A DNA stretch of 46,471 nt from a virus. Below the pieces are notes generated by a model. The model made no database searches. It was not told the DNA's origin and was given only the letters and a program-made list of their open reading frames with translations. Shown here one piece after another: positions 24,702-34,277 of the stretch. Location: IMG/VR virus record IMGVR_UViG_3300026522_000008, one strand, 5' to 3'. Numbering within the stretch: position 1 is the stretch's first letter; each line of letters starts with the position of its first letter. A program made the translations under genes and the position numbers.

Positions 24702-25262
24702 TTAGCCTCCTTTTCCGACCAGCACGGCGATTTGCTGTTCCATGTAATGGTGCAGGTTCGTCTCGATGCTCGGCTCGACCACTCCGTAGACCTTCTCTTC
24801 GTTTCCGATCATCTTCGGAATCGAGTTCGAGGACAATTTCTTGATCGGGAGTCTTGCTTTGCTCCGACGCTGGAACATCTGACCGTTCGGTCCTTTGAAG
24901 GCTTTAATGTTTCCGCTATAGACCAGCGCTTTCAGGCCTCCGCCTTTTATAATGTTCGCCTTGCCTCCGGATTTCTTCGGCGCTGTCGTGTGAAATTTCA
25001 CGATGCTCAGAGGTTTTCCGGCGGAATGAATCTCTGCGACAAGATTTCCGCTGTTCGCCTTCCGGATCGTCATATCCTTCTTAAAGCCTCCGGTTTTGAC
25101 CGTATAGGTTGCCTGGGCTTTTTCTGCGAGGTCTCCGCGGGCGGTCGTTGCAGTTTTGTTCAGAGCTCTGGAGATTACCGTCGGGGCTTTCCCTTTCAGC
25201 TCTCCGAGTTTCGCTTGAACTTCAGCCAGCATTTTTTGATCGACTTCATACGTGATTGCCAT
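24702..25262 (-). CDS. Tail completion protein, lambda gpZ-like (186 aa)
   Basis: The architecture resembles lambda gpZ as recalled from memory: N-terminal ALNKTATTARGDLAEKA, a central basic G-rich stretch, and QRRSKARLPIKKL. Confidence 0.55.
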   Translation of the reverse strand: MAITYEVDQKMLAEVQAKLGELKGKAPTVISRALNKTATTARGDLAEKAQATYTVKTGGFKKDMTIRKANSGNLVAEIHSAGKPLSIVKFHTTAPKKSGGKANIIKGGGLKALVYSGNIKAFKGPNGQMFQRRSKARLPIKKLSSNSIPKMIGNEEKVYGVVEPSIETNLHHYMEQQIAVLVGKGG

Positions 25263-25269
25263 TTTTTCA

Positions 25270-25596
25270 TCAGCTCCTGTTCGCCTCCAGCGTTATCGAG
25301 TAGACTCCGCCTTCGTCGATCGCGTCGGTGACCGTATAAATTCTTCCGTCGAGGTTGAAGATGGTTCCCTGCTTCGGCAGCTTTCCGAAATCAGAAGCGG
25401 CCACGTAGACAAGCATCTGTTTCGTGTAGATTCCGTCCATGTGCTGGTTCAGTCTCTTCTCTCGCTCGATCTGTTCGTTGTTATCGATTTGGATCGGCAT
25501 CTCCGTGCCGTTCACTTTGTGGATGTCCGAGAATTCGTCCTTGTCTATGAACGTGGTTTTGATGTCATCCTGCAGGACGTCTTTGAACAAACTCAT
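25270..25596 (-). CDS. Putative head-tail connector/adaptor protein (108 aa)
   Basis: Position in the head-completion cluster, with a C-terminal FNLDGRIYTVTDAIDEGGVYSITL motif. Confidence 0.5.
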   Translation of the reverse strand: MSLFKDVLQDDIKTTFIDKDEFSDIHKVNGTEMPIQIDNNEQIEREKRLNQHMDGIYTKQMLVYVAASDFGKLPKQGTIFNLDGRIYTVTDAIDEGGVYSITLEANRS

Positions 25597-25883
25597 ACGG
25601 TCTTTTTCCTTCTTGGTTTCGGTTTTTCTCTCAGAGGATCCTTCGGAACTTTCCCGACGAGGTCCTCCGGGTTCCCGGTTGTACTGAGTCCGGTGATTCC
25701 GGGTTCAGCGGTTACCGGGATTGCTTTCGCCGCCGGGGTCGTCTGGCCATCCTCTTTCCAGATCGCTGCTCCGGTGTCCAGCCATGTCTCGGTCATGCCG
25801 GTGTCCTCTGGGAGAACGTCTCCGACCTCGTACTGGTATGCTCCACACAAAATTGGGAGCACTGCGATCAGGCGCTTCGTCAT
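25593..25883 (-). CDS. Hypothetical head-completion protein (96 aa)
   Basis: ATGA coupling on both sides. Confidence 0.6.
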   Translation of the reverse strand: MTKRLIAVLPILCGAYQYEVGDVLPEDTGMTETWLDTGAAIWKEDGQTTPAAKAIPVTAEPGITGLSTTGNPEDLVGKVPKDPLREKPKPRRKKTV

Positions 25884-26218
25884 GCGTTGATCTTAACCAG
25901 CACGGTTGCGTCTGCCGTGTCCGCAGCACTGACCGCGAAACCGGCGAGGATGGTGCTGTCTCCGGATGTCACGGTGATTGTGCTATCCGAAGAATCGAAG
26001 TAGACCTCCGCGCCCTCGGTGATAGCTTCGGTGGTCTTCTTCGCGAACTTGTAGATACCTTCTACGTTTACGGAGTATTTCGCTCCGGGCAGAGCTCTTG
26101 TTGCGACGACTCCGATTCTCTTTCCGATCACCTGGATGGTTCCGGGCTCGATGGTATCCGAGCCAGAATTGGTGCGGTCGATCGTCTCGCCTCTCTGCCA
26201 GAAATTAGCTGTTGCCAT
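25880..26218 (-). CDS. DUF2190-like head decoration/cement protein (112 aa)
   Basis: GTIQVIGKRIGVVATRALPGAKYSVNVEGIYKFAK...GAEVYFD matches the DUF2190 pattern. It lies immediately after the capsid gene. Confidence 0.65.
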   Translation of the reverse strand: MATANFWQRGETIDRTNSGSDTIEPGTIQVIGKRIGVVATRALPGAKYSVNVEGIYKFAKKTTEAITEGAEVYFDSSDSTITVTSGDSTILAGFAVSAADTADATVLVKINA

Positions 26219-26236
26219 GGTTATTCCTCCTTTCTA

Positions 26237-27808
26237 TCACGCGAGCTTGAGCTTCGTGTCGACTTTGACGCCAGGGTTCTTGACGATGCCTCTGTAGTCC
26301 ATCACGCTGATACCCCAATCGAGGTAAATATCCCAGACGAATCCGAGAGTTCCAGGTGTTTCCATTCTGCGGATGTTCGGGATTTCCTGTCCGTTCAGGT
26401 AGTCGACCTCGATGCCGTCGGTGTCGCTCTGATCTCCGAAAAGGAACCACGGCATGACGTTGCCGAATCCTCCGCAGAGAACGTTGATGGTCGGGTCTTC
26501 TACGACCTGGATGCTATCGCGGTATTCATAGAGCGGGTTCACTGCCTGGGTGTTATCGCTCGTGTTAATTGTCGGGCTGAAGAACAGGGTGTACATGTCG
26601 AACTTCATTCCGGAAGGAACGACGATGGTTGCCGGACGGATGATGATGGCCTCTTCGAACTGGTCCTTCTGGTTTGAAAGAGCCATGATCATGGTCTGCA
26701 TTGCTTCCTGAGTGATTCCGGTTCCAGTTGCGAGCATGTTCTTGTGCTCCGTTCCGAAAAGTTTAGCGCCATCGTAGATGGTGTTGTTGTTTACGAGGAT
26801 TTCGTAGACCTGCTTGTTGATGGTTTTCCTTGCGCTTGCTGCGTAGCGGGCAGGGATGGAAGTCACGAGGCCGATGTCGTCATCGATGAAGGCCTTCCGG
26901 CTCAGGGTGAACTGGCGGCCGTAGGTCTTCAGCTGTCTCTGAGGCAGGTGCGCATCCTCGAATACGTCATGCTTGAGCTCTCCGTTCTCCGGAACTTCGA
27001 GGAACTCTCCGACCGGTCCTGCGAGATAGTAGTTGTCATGCTTCTTAAAATCGCGGAGCGATCCCTTCTTGGTGAATCGGTCAAATGTAACCGGCGCCTT
27101 GTTGTAGCCTTCCTTGTACGCCTTCTCGATCGTCTGGTCCAGGATTGCCGGGAATGCGGACTCCGGATTGTAGAAAGCTCTCTTTGCTACGATGTCGTAG
27201 ATTTCTTCCGGTCCTTTTCTTAAAAGGGAGCCGTCCTGATAGCCGTCTCTCTGCAGGCACTCGATAGCGAGGTCTCTTAAAGACATACCTGTCAGACTTC
27301 TTGCGCCTTCCTCCGGGTGGTCGAGCGTCATGCCGGATCTCATCACGAGGGAATCGGAAGCCATGCGACGGAATCTGTCGTTTTCATCATCGACCTGGGT
27401 GATGTGGCTCGCAACCGGTGCGCTCTGTCTGGTGAGGTGGTCAATCACGGCGGTTCTCACCTGATCCTCTGTGGATCCGTTGTTGATAAATTCAGCCGGG
27501 TCCATGTCGAACTGTCGGCAGAGGCTCTGAATGTGGAGAACTCTTTCTCTCTCAGCCTGTGCGGCTCTTGTCTCTGCTTCGGGATCCGGATTTGCTGTCT
27601 GAGATGCAGACCTCTGTCCTTCTCCCTCTGTGCTGGTGCTTGCGGGAGCCGGATTCGCGTGAGCGGAACCGGCAGCCTGTCTTGCATCTGCAATCTGGCG
27701 CTGGAGCCTTTCGTACTCTGCAGATTCGTCTGCGTTGAGGTCACGATGTTCAGCTCTTGCAGCGTCCACCAGCTGCTGCTGGCGTGCGATCATCTGTTCA
27801 ATCGTCAT
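26237..27808 (-). CDS. Major capsid protein (Mu gpT-like HK97 fold) with N-terminal coiled-coil/low-complexity scaffold-like extension (523 aa)
   Basis: It follows the prohead protease. The C-terminal 300 aa resemble gpT-type major head subunits. The first about 130 aa are helical plus a Pro/Ala/Ser-rich linker. Confidence 0.85.
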   Translation of the reverse strand: MTIEQMIARQQQLVDAARAEHRDLNADESAEYERLQRQIADARQAAGSAHANPAPASTSTEGEGQRSASQTANPDPEAETRAAQAERERVLHIQSLCRQFDMDPAEFINNGSTEDQVRTAVIDHLTRQSAPVASHITQVDDENDRFRRMASDSLVMRSGMTLDHPEEGARSLTGMSLRDLAIECLQRDGYQDGSLLRKGPEEIYDIVAKRAFYNPESAFPAILDQTIEKAYKEGYNKAPVTFDRFTKKGSLRDFKKHDNYYLAGPVGEFLEVPENGELKHDVFEDAHLPQRQLKTYGRQFTLSRKAFIDDDIGLVTSIPARYAASARKTINKQVYEILVNNNTIYDGAKLFGTEHKNMLATGTGITQEAMQTMIMALSNQKDQFEEAIIIRPATIVVPSGMKFDMYTLFFSPTINTSDNTQAVNPLYEYRDSIQVVEDPTINVLCGGFGNVMPWFLFGDQSDTDGIEVDYLNGQEIPNIRRMETPGTLGFVWDIYLDWGISVMDYRGIVKNPGVKVDTKLKLA

Positions 27809-28412
27809 TTTTCTTTACCTCCATTCGGTTTTTGTTTATTTGAAGTTGCCTCTCTGCGAGTCCGATTGGGATCGTCTCCCTATCTTCCGATTCCGGTTTC
27901 ATATCCCTTCCGACTCCTACTGTCGGGTCGGCAGGTACGGAGACGATGCTTATCTCGTAAGGCGCCCACTTCCTCGCGATCGAGCACGGTCCGGTGAACC
28001 GTCCATCTTCTGACTGCTTTCCAGGCATTACTTCCTCCCAGTCATCTACCACGTAGCCTACGGAGACTCCCTTCAAGGTTTCCCCTTTGACCTTCTGGTA
28101 GATTGTTTCGGATTCCGCGTCGGTATCAAATTCGATTTCTGCCTTGCCGCGGTTTCCTTCGATCCAGGCGCGGTTAATCTTTCCGATGACCGCGTCGCGG
28201 TTATGGTTGTATAGGACGACTCCGATTTCGTTCAGCCTGCTTAGGTCGACGCATCCGTCCGCATGGTCCAGAATCTCTGGGCCGAACCATCTATCATAGG
28301 GTTCCTCGCTTGAGAAGGAGAGCTCGAATTTTCTTTCGTTTCCTTCTCCGTCGAGGGCTCGAATACTTCCGGCTCCGAAAGCACGGAAGCCTTGATTTTT
28401 ATTCTTTGGCAT
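27798..28412 (-). CDS. Prohead serine protease, HK97 family (204 aa)
   Basis: ATG at 28412 lies 8 nt after GGAGG. FELSFSSEEPYDRWFGPEILDH...VVLYNHNRDAVIGK...GVSVGY matches the S78/U35 prohead protease pattern. Confidence 0.85.
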   Translation of the reverse strand: MPKNKNQGFRAFGAGSIRALDGEGNERKFELSFSSEEPYDRWFGPEILDHADGCVDLSRLNEIGVVLYNHNRDAVIGKINRAWIEGNRGKAEIEFDTDAESETIYQKVKGETLKGVSVGYVVDDWEEVMPGKQSEDGRFTGPCSIARKWAPYEISIVSVPADPTVGVGRDMKPESEDRETIPIGLAERQLQINKNRMEVKKNDD

Positions 28413-30048
28413 CTTTGTTTCCTCCGTCATCTCCGGCGCCGCTCTCTCCAGAGCTTTCCTCGCCTTCAGTTCCGCTGTCATCTGAGCCAGAATCATCGGC
28501 GTTGCCTTCAGCCACGGCTGCAGGATCTGAGCCTTGATTGCTTCCGTTCTGGCCTGTTCCATCGCCAGCTTCTTCCTCTTCTTCTTTTTCTGCCGCAAGT
28601 TTGCCATCGTATATAACACCTCCGATGTCGTATCCTTTTTTCTTCGCGTACTCGATCACTTCGATGTTGTCGTCGATTTGCTGTCTCCAGTCGCGGCCGT
28701 TCTCCGCAGCCACTTCTTTGAAGGTCTTTTGTCCTGTGTTGAGTGCGGTCTTTGTCGCGCTGGTTTCCTTCAGTGGATCAATCCACTTCTTCGGCGCCTT
28801 AATCCAGGAATGTTCGAAGAATTCATCCTTCTTTGCGAAAAAGTCCCCGCGGACCTTGATCTTTCCGGCGAGGTAGCAGCTGATCACGAAGGTCTCGTAT
28901 ATTTCGTCGAGGATGGCCATGATCTGTTCGATCTCTTCCTGGAATGTCAGCTCATCCTCGATCATTCCCTGCCGTGCCGAGCTATAGTTGGTCTCGCTCA
29001 TGTCTCGGCTGGTTGCTTCGTAGGAGAGTCCCTGCCCGGCTCCGATCATCCTTTGCTGCAGCTTCGTGAAGCTGGTCGCGTCGGATCCTTGTCCGGTCGG
29101 GTTTACCACCTGGACGTCGTCGCCGGCGTTCAGCTCTTTAATCATTCCGGGTGTCAGGGTTTTGCCATCGTACTCGTGCTTTGCTGCGTTCTCCGTCGCT
29201 GCATTTCTTCCGATGCCGACGGTCGGGACGGTTTTCTTTATGAAAACGGAAAGGCAGGCCGCGATTCTTTCCTTCACGGAGACCGCGGTCATGAATTCGT
29301 TCGTGTCGCGGATCCGCGTCATCGTCGGCGCCATGTCGCTCATCTCTCTGATCTGGGACGGCCGGCGCTTCGTGTAATAAAAAATCACATCATCCGCTTT
29401 GACGTACCTGGGCTCTTCGAGTGTGAAGCCGTCGATTCCGTATTGCCGGATGTAATATCCGACCGGGCGGTTGTATCGGTTGTACTCAATCCCTCCGATG
29501 ACTCGATTTCCTTCCGCGGTGGCACTGGTCCTCATCGTATCCAGCTCATCGACTTCGACCATCTGAATCTGAAACGGAATCATGCCGCTGTCGGTGTAGC
29601 ATTTTATAAAAAGGATTCCTCCGTCGACCTTCTTCCGGACGACCGCCATTCGCAACATCTGCGTCAGGCTTTGCTGCCCAGTGACGTCGCAGTTCCGGGC
29701 TTTGCACCACTTTTTCCAGAGGGTTTCGAGGTCCTTGTTCAGGCTTGCGTTTTTTGTTTTGGCCTGCAATGCGTACCCTCCGCCGATCACGTTCCTTTTG
29801 TACGCAGAAAGCAGGGAGTTTTCGATGTCGCTGTTTCTTTCAAGGTCTCGCGCCCTTGCGCGGACGATGTCCCGGCTTGGACGGTCAGTCATCTCTGCCG
29901 ATGCGTTTGAAATCCGCCATCCAGCATTCAGTCTTGATCCGGATCCTGCGTCGTAATTCCGAAGTTCGTTATATGTCGCTCTCCACGCGGCACGTTCCGC
30001 TCCGGCTTTCGGGCTGATCCATGCGATCAGGTTGTCTATCCAGCTCAC
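28399..30048 (-). CDS. Portal protein, lambda gpB family (549 aa)
   Basis: AERAAWRATYNELRNYDAGSGSRLNAGWR...RARARDLERNSDI is the lambda-type portal N-terminus. The start is GTG 30048, 8 nt after GGAGG. The C-terminal tail is acidic. Confidence 0.9.
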   Translation of the reverse strand: MSWIDNLIAWISPKAGAERAAWRATYNELRNYDAGSGSRLNAGWRISNASAEMTDRPSRDIVRARARDLERNSDIENSLLSAYKRNVIGGGYALQAKTKNASLNKDLETLWKKWCKARNCDVTGQQSLTQMLRMAVVRKKVDGGILFIKCYTDSGMIPFQIQMVEVDELDTMRTSATAEGNRVIGGIEYNRYNRPVGYYIRQYGIDGFTLEEPRYVKADDVIFYYTKRRPSQIREMSDMAPTMTRIRDTNEFMTAVSVKERIAACLSVFIKKTVPTVGIGRNAATENAAKHEYDGKTLTPGMIKELNAGDDVQVVNPTGQGSDATSFTKLQQRMIGAGQGLSYEATSRDMSETNYSSARQGMIEDELTFQEEIEQIMAILDEIYETFVISCYLAGKIKVRGDFFAKKDEFFEHSWIKAPKKWIDPLKETSATKTALNTGQKTFKEVAAENGRDWRQQIDDNIEVIEYAKKKGYDIGGVIYDGKLAAEKEEEEEAGDGTGQNGSNQGSDPAAVAEGNADDSGSDDSGTEGEESSGESGAGDDGGNKDAKE

Positions 30049-30062
30049 TTTGCATTCCTCCT

Positions 30063-30320
30063 TTACCTCGGGCCTTCAAAAAATGCCACGTAGGTATTGT
30101 CAAGGAGCGAGCTGTCGCCCTCTGCCGCCACCTCCGCCTGCAGTTCTTCCTTCAGCTTCCGGAGCTGATAAAGGTCCGCCCTTGTCAGCTTTCGGGATCC
30201 GATCTGGTATCTCTGGCCTCCGATCAGAATCTTTCGGATTGCGGTGGTGACCTCCGTCAAAAGTTCCGCCGCGGTTATGTCTCCGGAGAGAATGTCGCTC
30301 TTGTTTGTCTCTTCACTCAT
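30063..30320 (-). CDS. Head-tail joining protein, lambda gpW-like (85 aa)
   Basis: A small ORF between terL and the portal, as in lambda (A-W-B order). The GGQRYQIGSRKLTRADLYQL motif is present. Confidence 0.7.
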   Translation of the reverse strand: MSEETNKSDILSGDITAAELLTEVTTAIRKILIGGQRYQIGSRKLTRADLYQLRKLKEELQAEVAAEGDSSLLDNTYVAFFEGPR

Positions 30321-30332
30321 GGCTCTTCCTCC

Positions 30333-32189
30333 TTATAGCCAGTTTTCGTTCTGCTTTATCCAGTTTTCTTCGGGAGTGTATTCTTCCGATTGCTCCGACC
30401 TCTTGGTTTTTTCTTTGATCGCTTCTTCATCCTGAAGATGGAAGGAGCGGACGCCCAGGGTATCGGCCGCCGCCAGCGAGTAGACCTCTGCGTCGAGGTA
30501 GTGGTTATCGATGTGGCTCCGTTTCGGTACCCATCTCTGAACCACTCGCCCTCCGGCGGTTTTGACGTTGACCTTGTGCTCCGCTGTGACCTGTTCTGCG
30601 TATTCCCGGTCGCAGCCGGCATAAACCATCCAGCTGCCGCGGCCGTTTGGTTTCTTCATCCTTCCGGCGATCATGTCTTTGTACTTATCACCGTCTACGA
30701 GAACGAGGTTCATTCCGTAGGCTTGCGATCCGGGCTTATTGATTTTCGACAGTTTGAAGTGCGAGAGCATCGGGTTGCTCACGCCCTTGGTCGGGAGCGC
30801 CCATTCCGCGTTCAATGCGCAGAAGTCATAGGTGGCGTCTGCGTCGTATCCGGAATCGACCAGGCAGAGATTTACGACCATTTGCTCTCCGTCTTCTCTG
30901 AAGTACGGGGTGTTCATGATCCTCTCGATGTCCTGGAAAGATAACGCTTGTCCGTGCGCAATGTTCTGACTGGTTATGTAGCTGCCCCACGCTCGAATGG
31001 TCCAGTAGAGGCTGGTTTGCTGAACGTCCACGCCTCCGGTCAGGATCTTCGCCCAGTTCGGGACGGTGAATTCCGGCCGCTCCGTCTGTCTCTGAAGAAC
31101 AACATCCGCGCTGGTTTTCAGCGTGGTGTCTTCCCACGGCTCTGCGAGCCATGAGTTCGTGAAGTTCTGGAGCTTCTCCGGGTCATCCTTTGAATCCAGG
31201 AATTCCTTCACGATTTCTGAAAAACGGACGAACGGGCTATAAAGCGTATTCATCCAGTAACCGATCTTCCGGTTGTACTTTCCGTTCTGCCGGACGGGTT
31301 GCCATTCGCCCTGCCGGAGCATTTGGTCTTTATCCTGATCGGTGATCTTCTCTCCGCAGTTCTGGCAAATGTAGACCGCCATGTCGGCACGATCCTGATT
31401 CGACAGGTCGTCTCCGGATGGGAATTTCAGCTGTTTAAATTTCAGCTCGATCATCTCTCCGCAGTGTGGGCACGGCACGAAGAAGTGTTTCTCCACGTCG
31501 CAGTCCATCAAGGCTTTCCAAATCTGTCCGGTGGAAAGCGTCGGAGTTGACGTCATGTAGATCTTCCGGTTTCTGAAGGTCTTCGTTCTTTCCTTTGCCA
31601 GGGAGATTGGGTCCGACTCCTTTTTGCTGCTTCCTGGGTACTTGTCCACCTCATCTAAAAAGAGGTATTTAATGGCTTTTGATGCCAGGGAGCTCGGGCT
31701 GTTCGATCCGGCGAGGGTTAGGTACATTCCGTCGAACTGCATTTCCAACTTCGAGGATTCGGTTTCCTTGTAAAGTTTCAGGAGGCTCCGGTTCGCCTTG
31801 ATCATCGGCTCGATTCGGTTTTCGCTGATCGATTCTGTCAGTTTGTCTGTCGGGTAGACGATCATGGCAGGCGACGGGTCTTGCATAATCACGTAGCCCA
31901 GCATATTCTGGAGGGCTTCGGTTCCTCCGACCTGCGTCGGCTTGCAGAAGACGATTTCTTCCGTCTCGTAGTTGGTCAGCTCATCCATGATGTCGACGAG
32001 GTACGGGGTCTTGTCGTTTCTCCATGGTCCGGGAAGTGCGGAGGTCTTGGTGTCCAGCACTCGGTATTTCTCCGCCCATTCCGATACGGTGATGTCCTCC
32101 GGCGGTCTTAAAAGACGGAGGGCATCAGCCTGGTACTTCGTTAGCTGATACTTTCGTATCCTTATTCGTTTGTGTTTTAAGGGTTCCAT
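30333..32189 (-). CDS. terL: Terminase large subunit, lambda GpA family (618 aa)
   Basis: VSEWAEKYRVLDTKTSALPGPWRNDKTPYLVDIMD...CKPTQVGGTE (Walker A-like) is typical of Terminase_GpA. A zinc-ribbon-like CPHCGE...CQNCGE is also present. Confidence 0.92.
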   Translation of the reverse strand: MEPLKHKRIRIRKYQLTKYQADALRLLRPPEDITVSEWAEKYRVLDTKTSALPGPWRNDKTPYLVDIMDELTNYETEEIVFCKPTQVGGTEALQNMLGYVIMQDPSPAMIVYPTDKLTESISENRIEPMIKANRSLLKLYKETESSKLEMQFDGMYLTLAGSNSPSSLASKAIKYLFLDEVDKYPGSSKKESDPISLAKERTKTFRNRKIYMTSTPTLSTGQIWKALMDCDVEKHFFVPCPHCGEMIELKFKQLKFPSGDDLSNQDRADMAVYICQNCGEKITDQDKDQMLRQGEWQPVRQNGKYNRKIGYWMNTLYSPFVRFSEIVKEFLDSKDDPEKLQNFTNSWLAEPWEDTTLKTSADVVLQRQTERPEFTVPNWAKILTGGVDVQQTSLYWTIRAWGSYITSQNIAHGQALSFQDIERIMNTPYFREDGEQMVVNLCLVDSGYDADATYDFCALNAEWALPTKGVSNPMLSHFKLSKINKPGSQAYGMNLVLVDGDKYKDMIAGRMKKPNGRGSWMVYAGCDREYAEQVTAEHKVNVKTAGGRVVQRWVPKRSHIDNHYLDAEVYSLAAADTLGVRSFHLQDEEAIKEKTKRSEQSEEYTPEENWIKQNENWL

Positions 32190-32757
32190 CTCTCTTCACG
32201 TCCTTTGGTCCAACTTGGCCGGCGACCACGAACGATTCCAGGAGGTGATTCGTCTCAGCGGCGAGCTCCTTCTCGCATCGTCTGAGGTCGGCTGGCTCCA
32301 TCTGCCCTGAAAGCATCCCGGTCAGCCTTGCGGGGAGGCTCGTGGCGAATTTCTTAAAAACAATAAAAAACCGGGCGTAGTCCAGCTGCACCTCTTCGAT
32401 GCTTATGTACTGTCCGGTAGCTATTTCCGTCTTCAGCTTGTGCAGCTCTCCCTGGGATTCTTTCAGGGCGATGTCTGCCTGCATTTTTTTCTCGCGCAGT
32501 TCGATTTCTTTGTCGGTCCGGTGCGCTTTTCCGTAGGCCTTGTCCGATAGGTATTTGACGTATGCCTGAATGGTCGGGACGAGGTCGTACCTCCGGACGG
32601 TGTGGGTGTGGCCTTTTTCGTCGGTTTCCAGGACGGCGGTTGTTTTGATAACGCCATCCTGCGTCAGCTGCTGGACGCGCCGGGTACTTACTCCGAAAAG
32701 CTGCGCGATGACTTCGACGCGGTACATGCCTTTAGCTTCGGTTCCGCTACTGCTCAT
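32125..32757 (-). CDS. terS: Terminase small subunit, Nu1-like with MerR-type HTH (210 aa)
   Basis: IAQLFGVSTRRVQQLTQDGV forms the HTH. It is followed by YDL..TIQAYVKYL and a coiled coil, as in Nu1. The gene overlaps terL by 65 nt. Confidence 0.8.
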   Translation of the reverse strand: MSSSGTEAKGMYRVEVIAQLFGVSTRRVQQLTQDGVIKTTAVLETDEKGHTHTVRRYDLVPTIQAYVKYLSDKAYGKAHRTDKEIELREKKMQADIALKESQGELHKLKTEIATGQYISIEEVQLDYARFFIVFKKFATSLPARLTGMLSGQMEPADLRRCEKELAAETNHLLESFVVAGQVGPKDVKRDGTLKTQTNKDTKVSANEVPG

Positions 32758-32764
32758 GACTGTA

Positions 32765-32774
32765 CCCCCCCCCC
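32765..32774 (-). repeat. Homopolymer G10 (minus strand) in the terS ribosome-binding position
   Basis: The plus strand reads tgta-cccccccccc-taaaat. On the minus strand this is TTTTAGGGGGGGGGGTACAGTCATG, leaving 7 nt between the tract and the terS ATG. Confidence 0.9.
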
Positions 32775-32803
32775 TAAAATTTCAGAGAGGATTTCGTATG
32801 GAC

Positions 32804-34135
32804 TCATAGCGTCACCTCCAGCTTCTGGGCCTTCTCTGCCTTCCGGCCGGTGAAGTCTTCCCAGCGCTTCACAATGACGTCGCAGAACTTTTCGTCCAGC
32901 TCCATCAGGTAGGCGTTCCGGCCGAGCTGTTCCGCAGCCATCAGCGTGGATCCGGAACCTCCGAAAAGGTCCAGGACGTTCCAGTCGGGCTTGCTGCTAT
33001 TTTTCATCAGTCTGCCGACTAGCGAGATCGGTTTCATCGTCGGGTGCAGGTCGTTCTTTGTCGGTTTGTTTTCAAAAAGGACCGTGGTCCGGTTCTTGTA
33101 GCTGTCGCGGATCTGGTTGATGTATGTGATAAGGTCTTCCTTCTTCATACTCTGGAAGTCCAGCTCATCCTCGAGGAGGACGGTGTCCTGACTCCGATCG
33201 TCGATGAAGTAGTGCGCGGCTCCTTCTTTCCAGCCGTACAGGATCGGTTCGTGTCTCCACTGGTAATCCTGCCGGCCGAGGACAAAGCTATTCTTTTCCC
33301 AGATCAGGCATTCCGCCAGCTTGAATCCGGAATCGTTGAACGCCCGGCGGAAAGCGAGGCCTTCACTGTCTGCGTGGAAAACGTAGGCCGCGGCTCCCTC
33401 TCGCATCGCGTCAAACATGCATCCGAAGGCTTCATCTAGGAATTGCTCGAAGGTGTCCTCCGCCATGTTGTCGTTCTTGATTTCTCCGTCTTTGTAGTTC
33501 ACGTTGTACGGCGGGTCCGTGATCACGAGGTCCGCCTCGGCTCCCTGAAGAAGGGCGCTCACGTCGGTCGGGTCTGTCGAATCTCCGCACATCAGCCTGT
33601 GGTCTCCGAGGATCCAGATGTCTCCGCGTTTCGTGACGGGGTCCGTGATTTCATCGTAGGCTTCGTCCGCGTCGAAGTTGTCCTCTTCGGGTTCCACGGT
33701 GTCCAGCTTCAGGACGAGGTCCTCGACCTCCGAAGAAGTGAAGCCGGTTTTTGTCAGGTCGTAATCGTTCAGGTCAAGGTCCATGAGGGCTGCTTTCAGC
33801 TTTTCCTCATCCCAGTCACCGCTGATTTTGTTCAGGGCAATGTTCAGGGCTTTCTCGGTCTGCTTGTCTACGTCGGTCACGAGGACGCGAGCCTTTGTGT
33901 AGCCGAGGTCTTTTAATACCTTGTACCTCTGGTGACCTCCGATGATGGTTCCGTCCTTGTTGATTAAGATCAGCCCGACGTAGCCGTTGTCTTCAATGCT
34001 CCGCTTCAGAGCTTCGTAGTCCGGGTCGCCGGGCTGGAGGTCCTGCCGGGGATTGTATTCGGCTGGATGGATATCCGAAAGGCTGACGATCCTTGTGTCG
34101 GCGTCGGCTATCTTATCCTTGACGTCTTGCTGCAT
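32804..34135 (-). CDS. ParB-like nuclease domain fused to N6A/N4C DNA methyltransferase (443 aa)
   Basis: The N-terminus reads IVSLSDIHPAEYNPR...DGTIIGGHQRYKVL (ParB/Srx). It is followed by ITDPPYNVNY (motif IV) and LDLFGGSGSTLMAAEQLGRNAYLMELD (motif I). ATG 34135 is preferred over the upstream alternative start. Confidence 0.9.
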   Translation of the reverse strand: MQQDVKDKIADADTRIVSLSDIHPAEYNPRQDLQPGDPDYEALKRSIEDNGYVGLILINKDGTIIGGHQRYKVLKDLGYTKARVLVTDVDKQTEKALNIALNKISGDWDEEKLKAALMDLDLNDYDLTKTGFTSSEVEDLVLKLDTVEPEEDNFDADEAYDEITDPVTKRGDIWILGDHRLMCGDSTDPTDVSALLQGAEADLVITDPPYNVNYKDGEIKNDNMAEDTFEQFLDEAFGCMFDAMREGAAAYVFHADSEGLAFRRAFNDSGFKLAECLIWEKNSFVLGRQDYQWRHEPILYGWKEGAAHYFIDDRSQDTVLLEDELDFQSMKKEDLITYINQIRDSYKNRTTVLFENKPTKNDLHPTMKPISLVGRLMKNSSKPDWNVLDLFGGSGSTLMAAEQLGRNAYLMELDEKFCDVIVKRWEDFTGRKAEKAQKLEVTL

Positions 34136-34167
34136 GTTCCTCTTCCTTCCTTGTCGTTCAGAGCGCG

Positions 34168-34194
34168 TTCCGGCGGGTTCCGGAGGCCTTCCGG
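34168..34194 (-). promoter_or_regulatory. Three helically phased CCGGAA boxes upstream of the ParB-methyltransferase gene
   Basis: ttccgg occurs at 34168-34173, 34178-34183 and 34189-34194 (spacing 10 and 11 bp), 33-59 nt upstream of ATG 34135. The same hexamer forms the core of the 34805-34982 array. Confidence 0.5.
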
Positions 34195-34277
34195 GGCCCT
34201 GGCGTAACGAAACGCGATAAAAAATTGAGTTCAAATCCGGGAAAGCGTCGGGCTTTCCTCGCCCCGCTTGTGAAATA

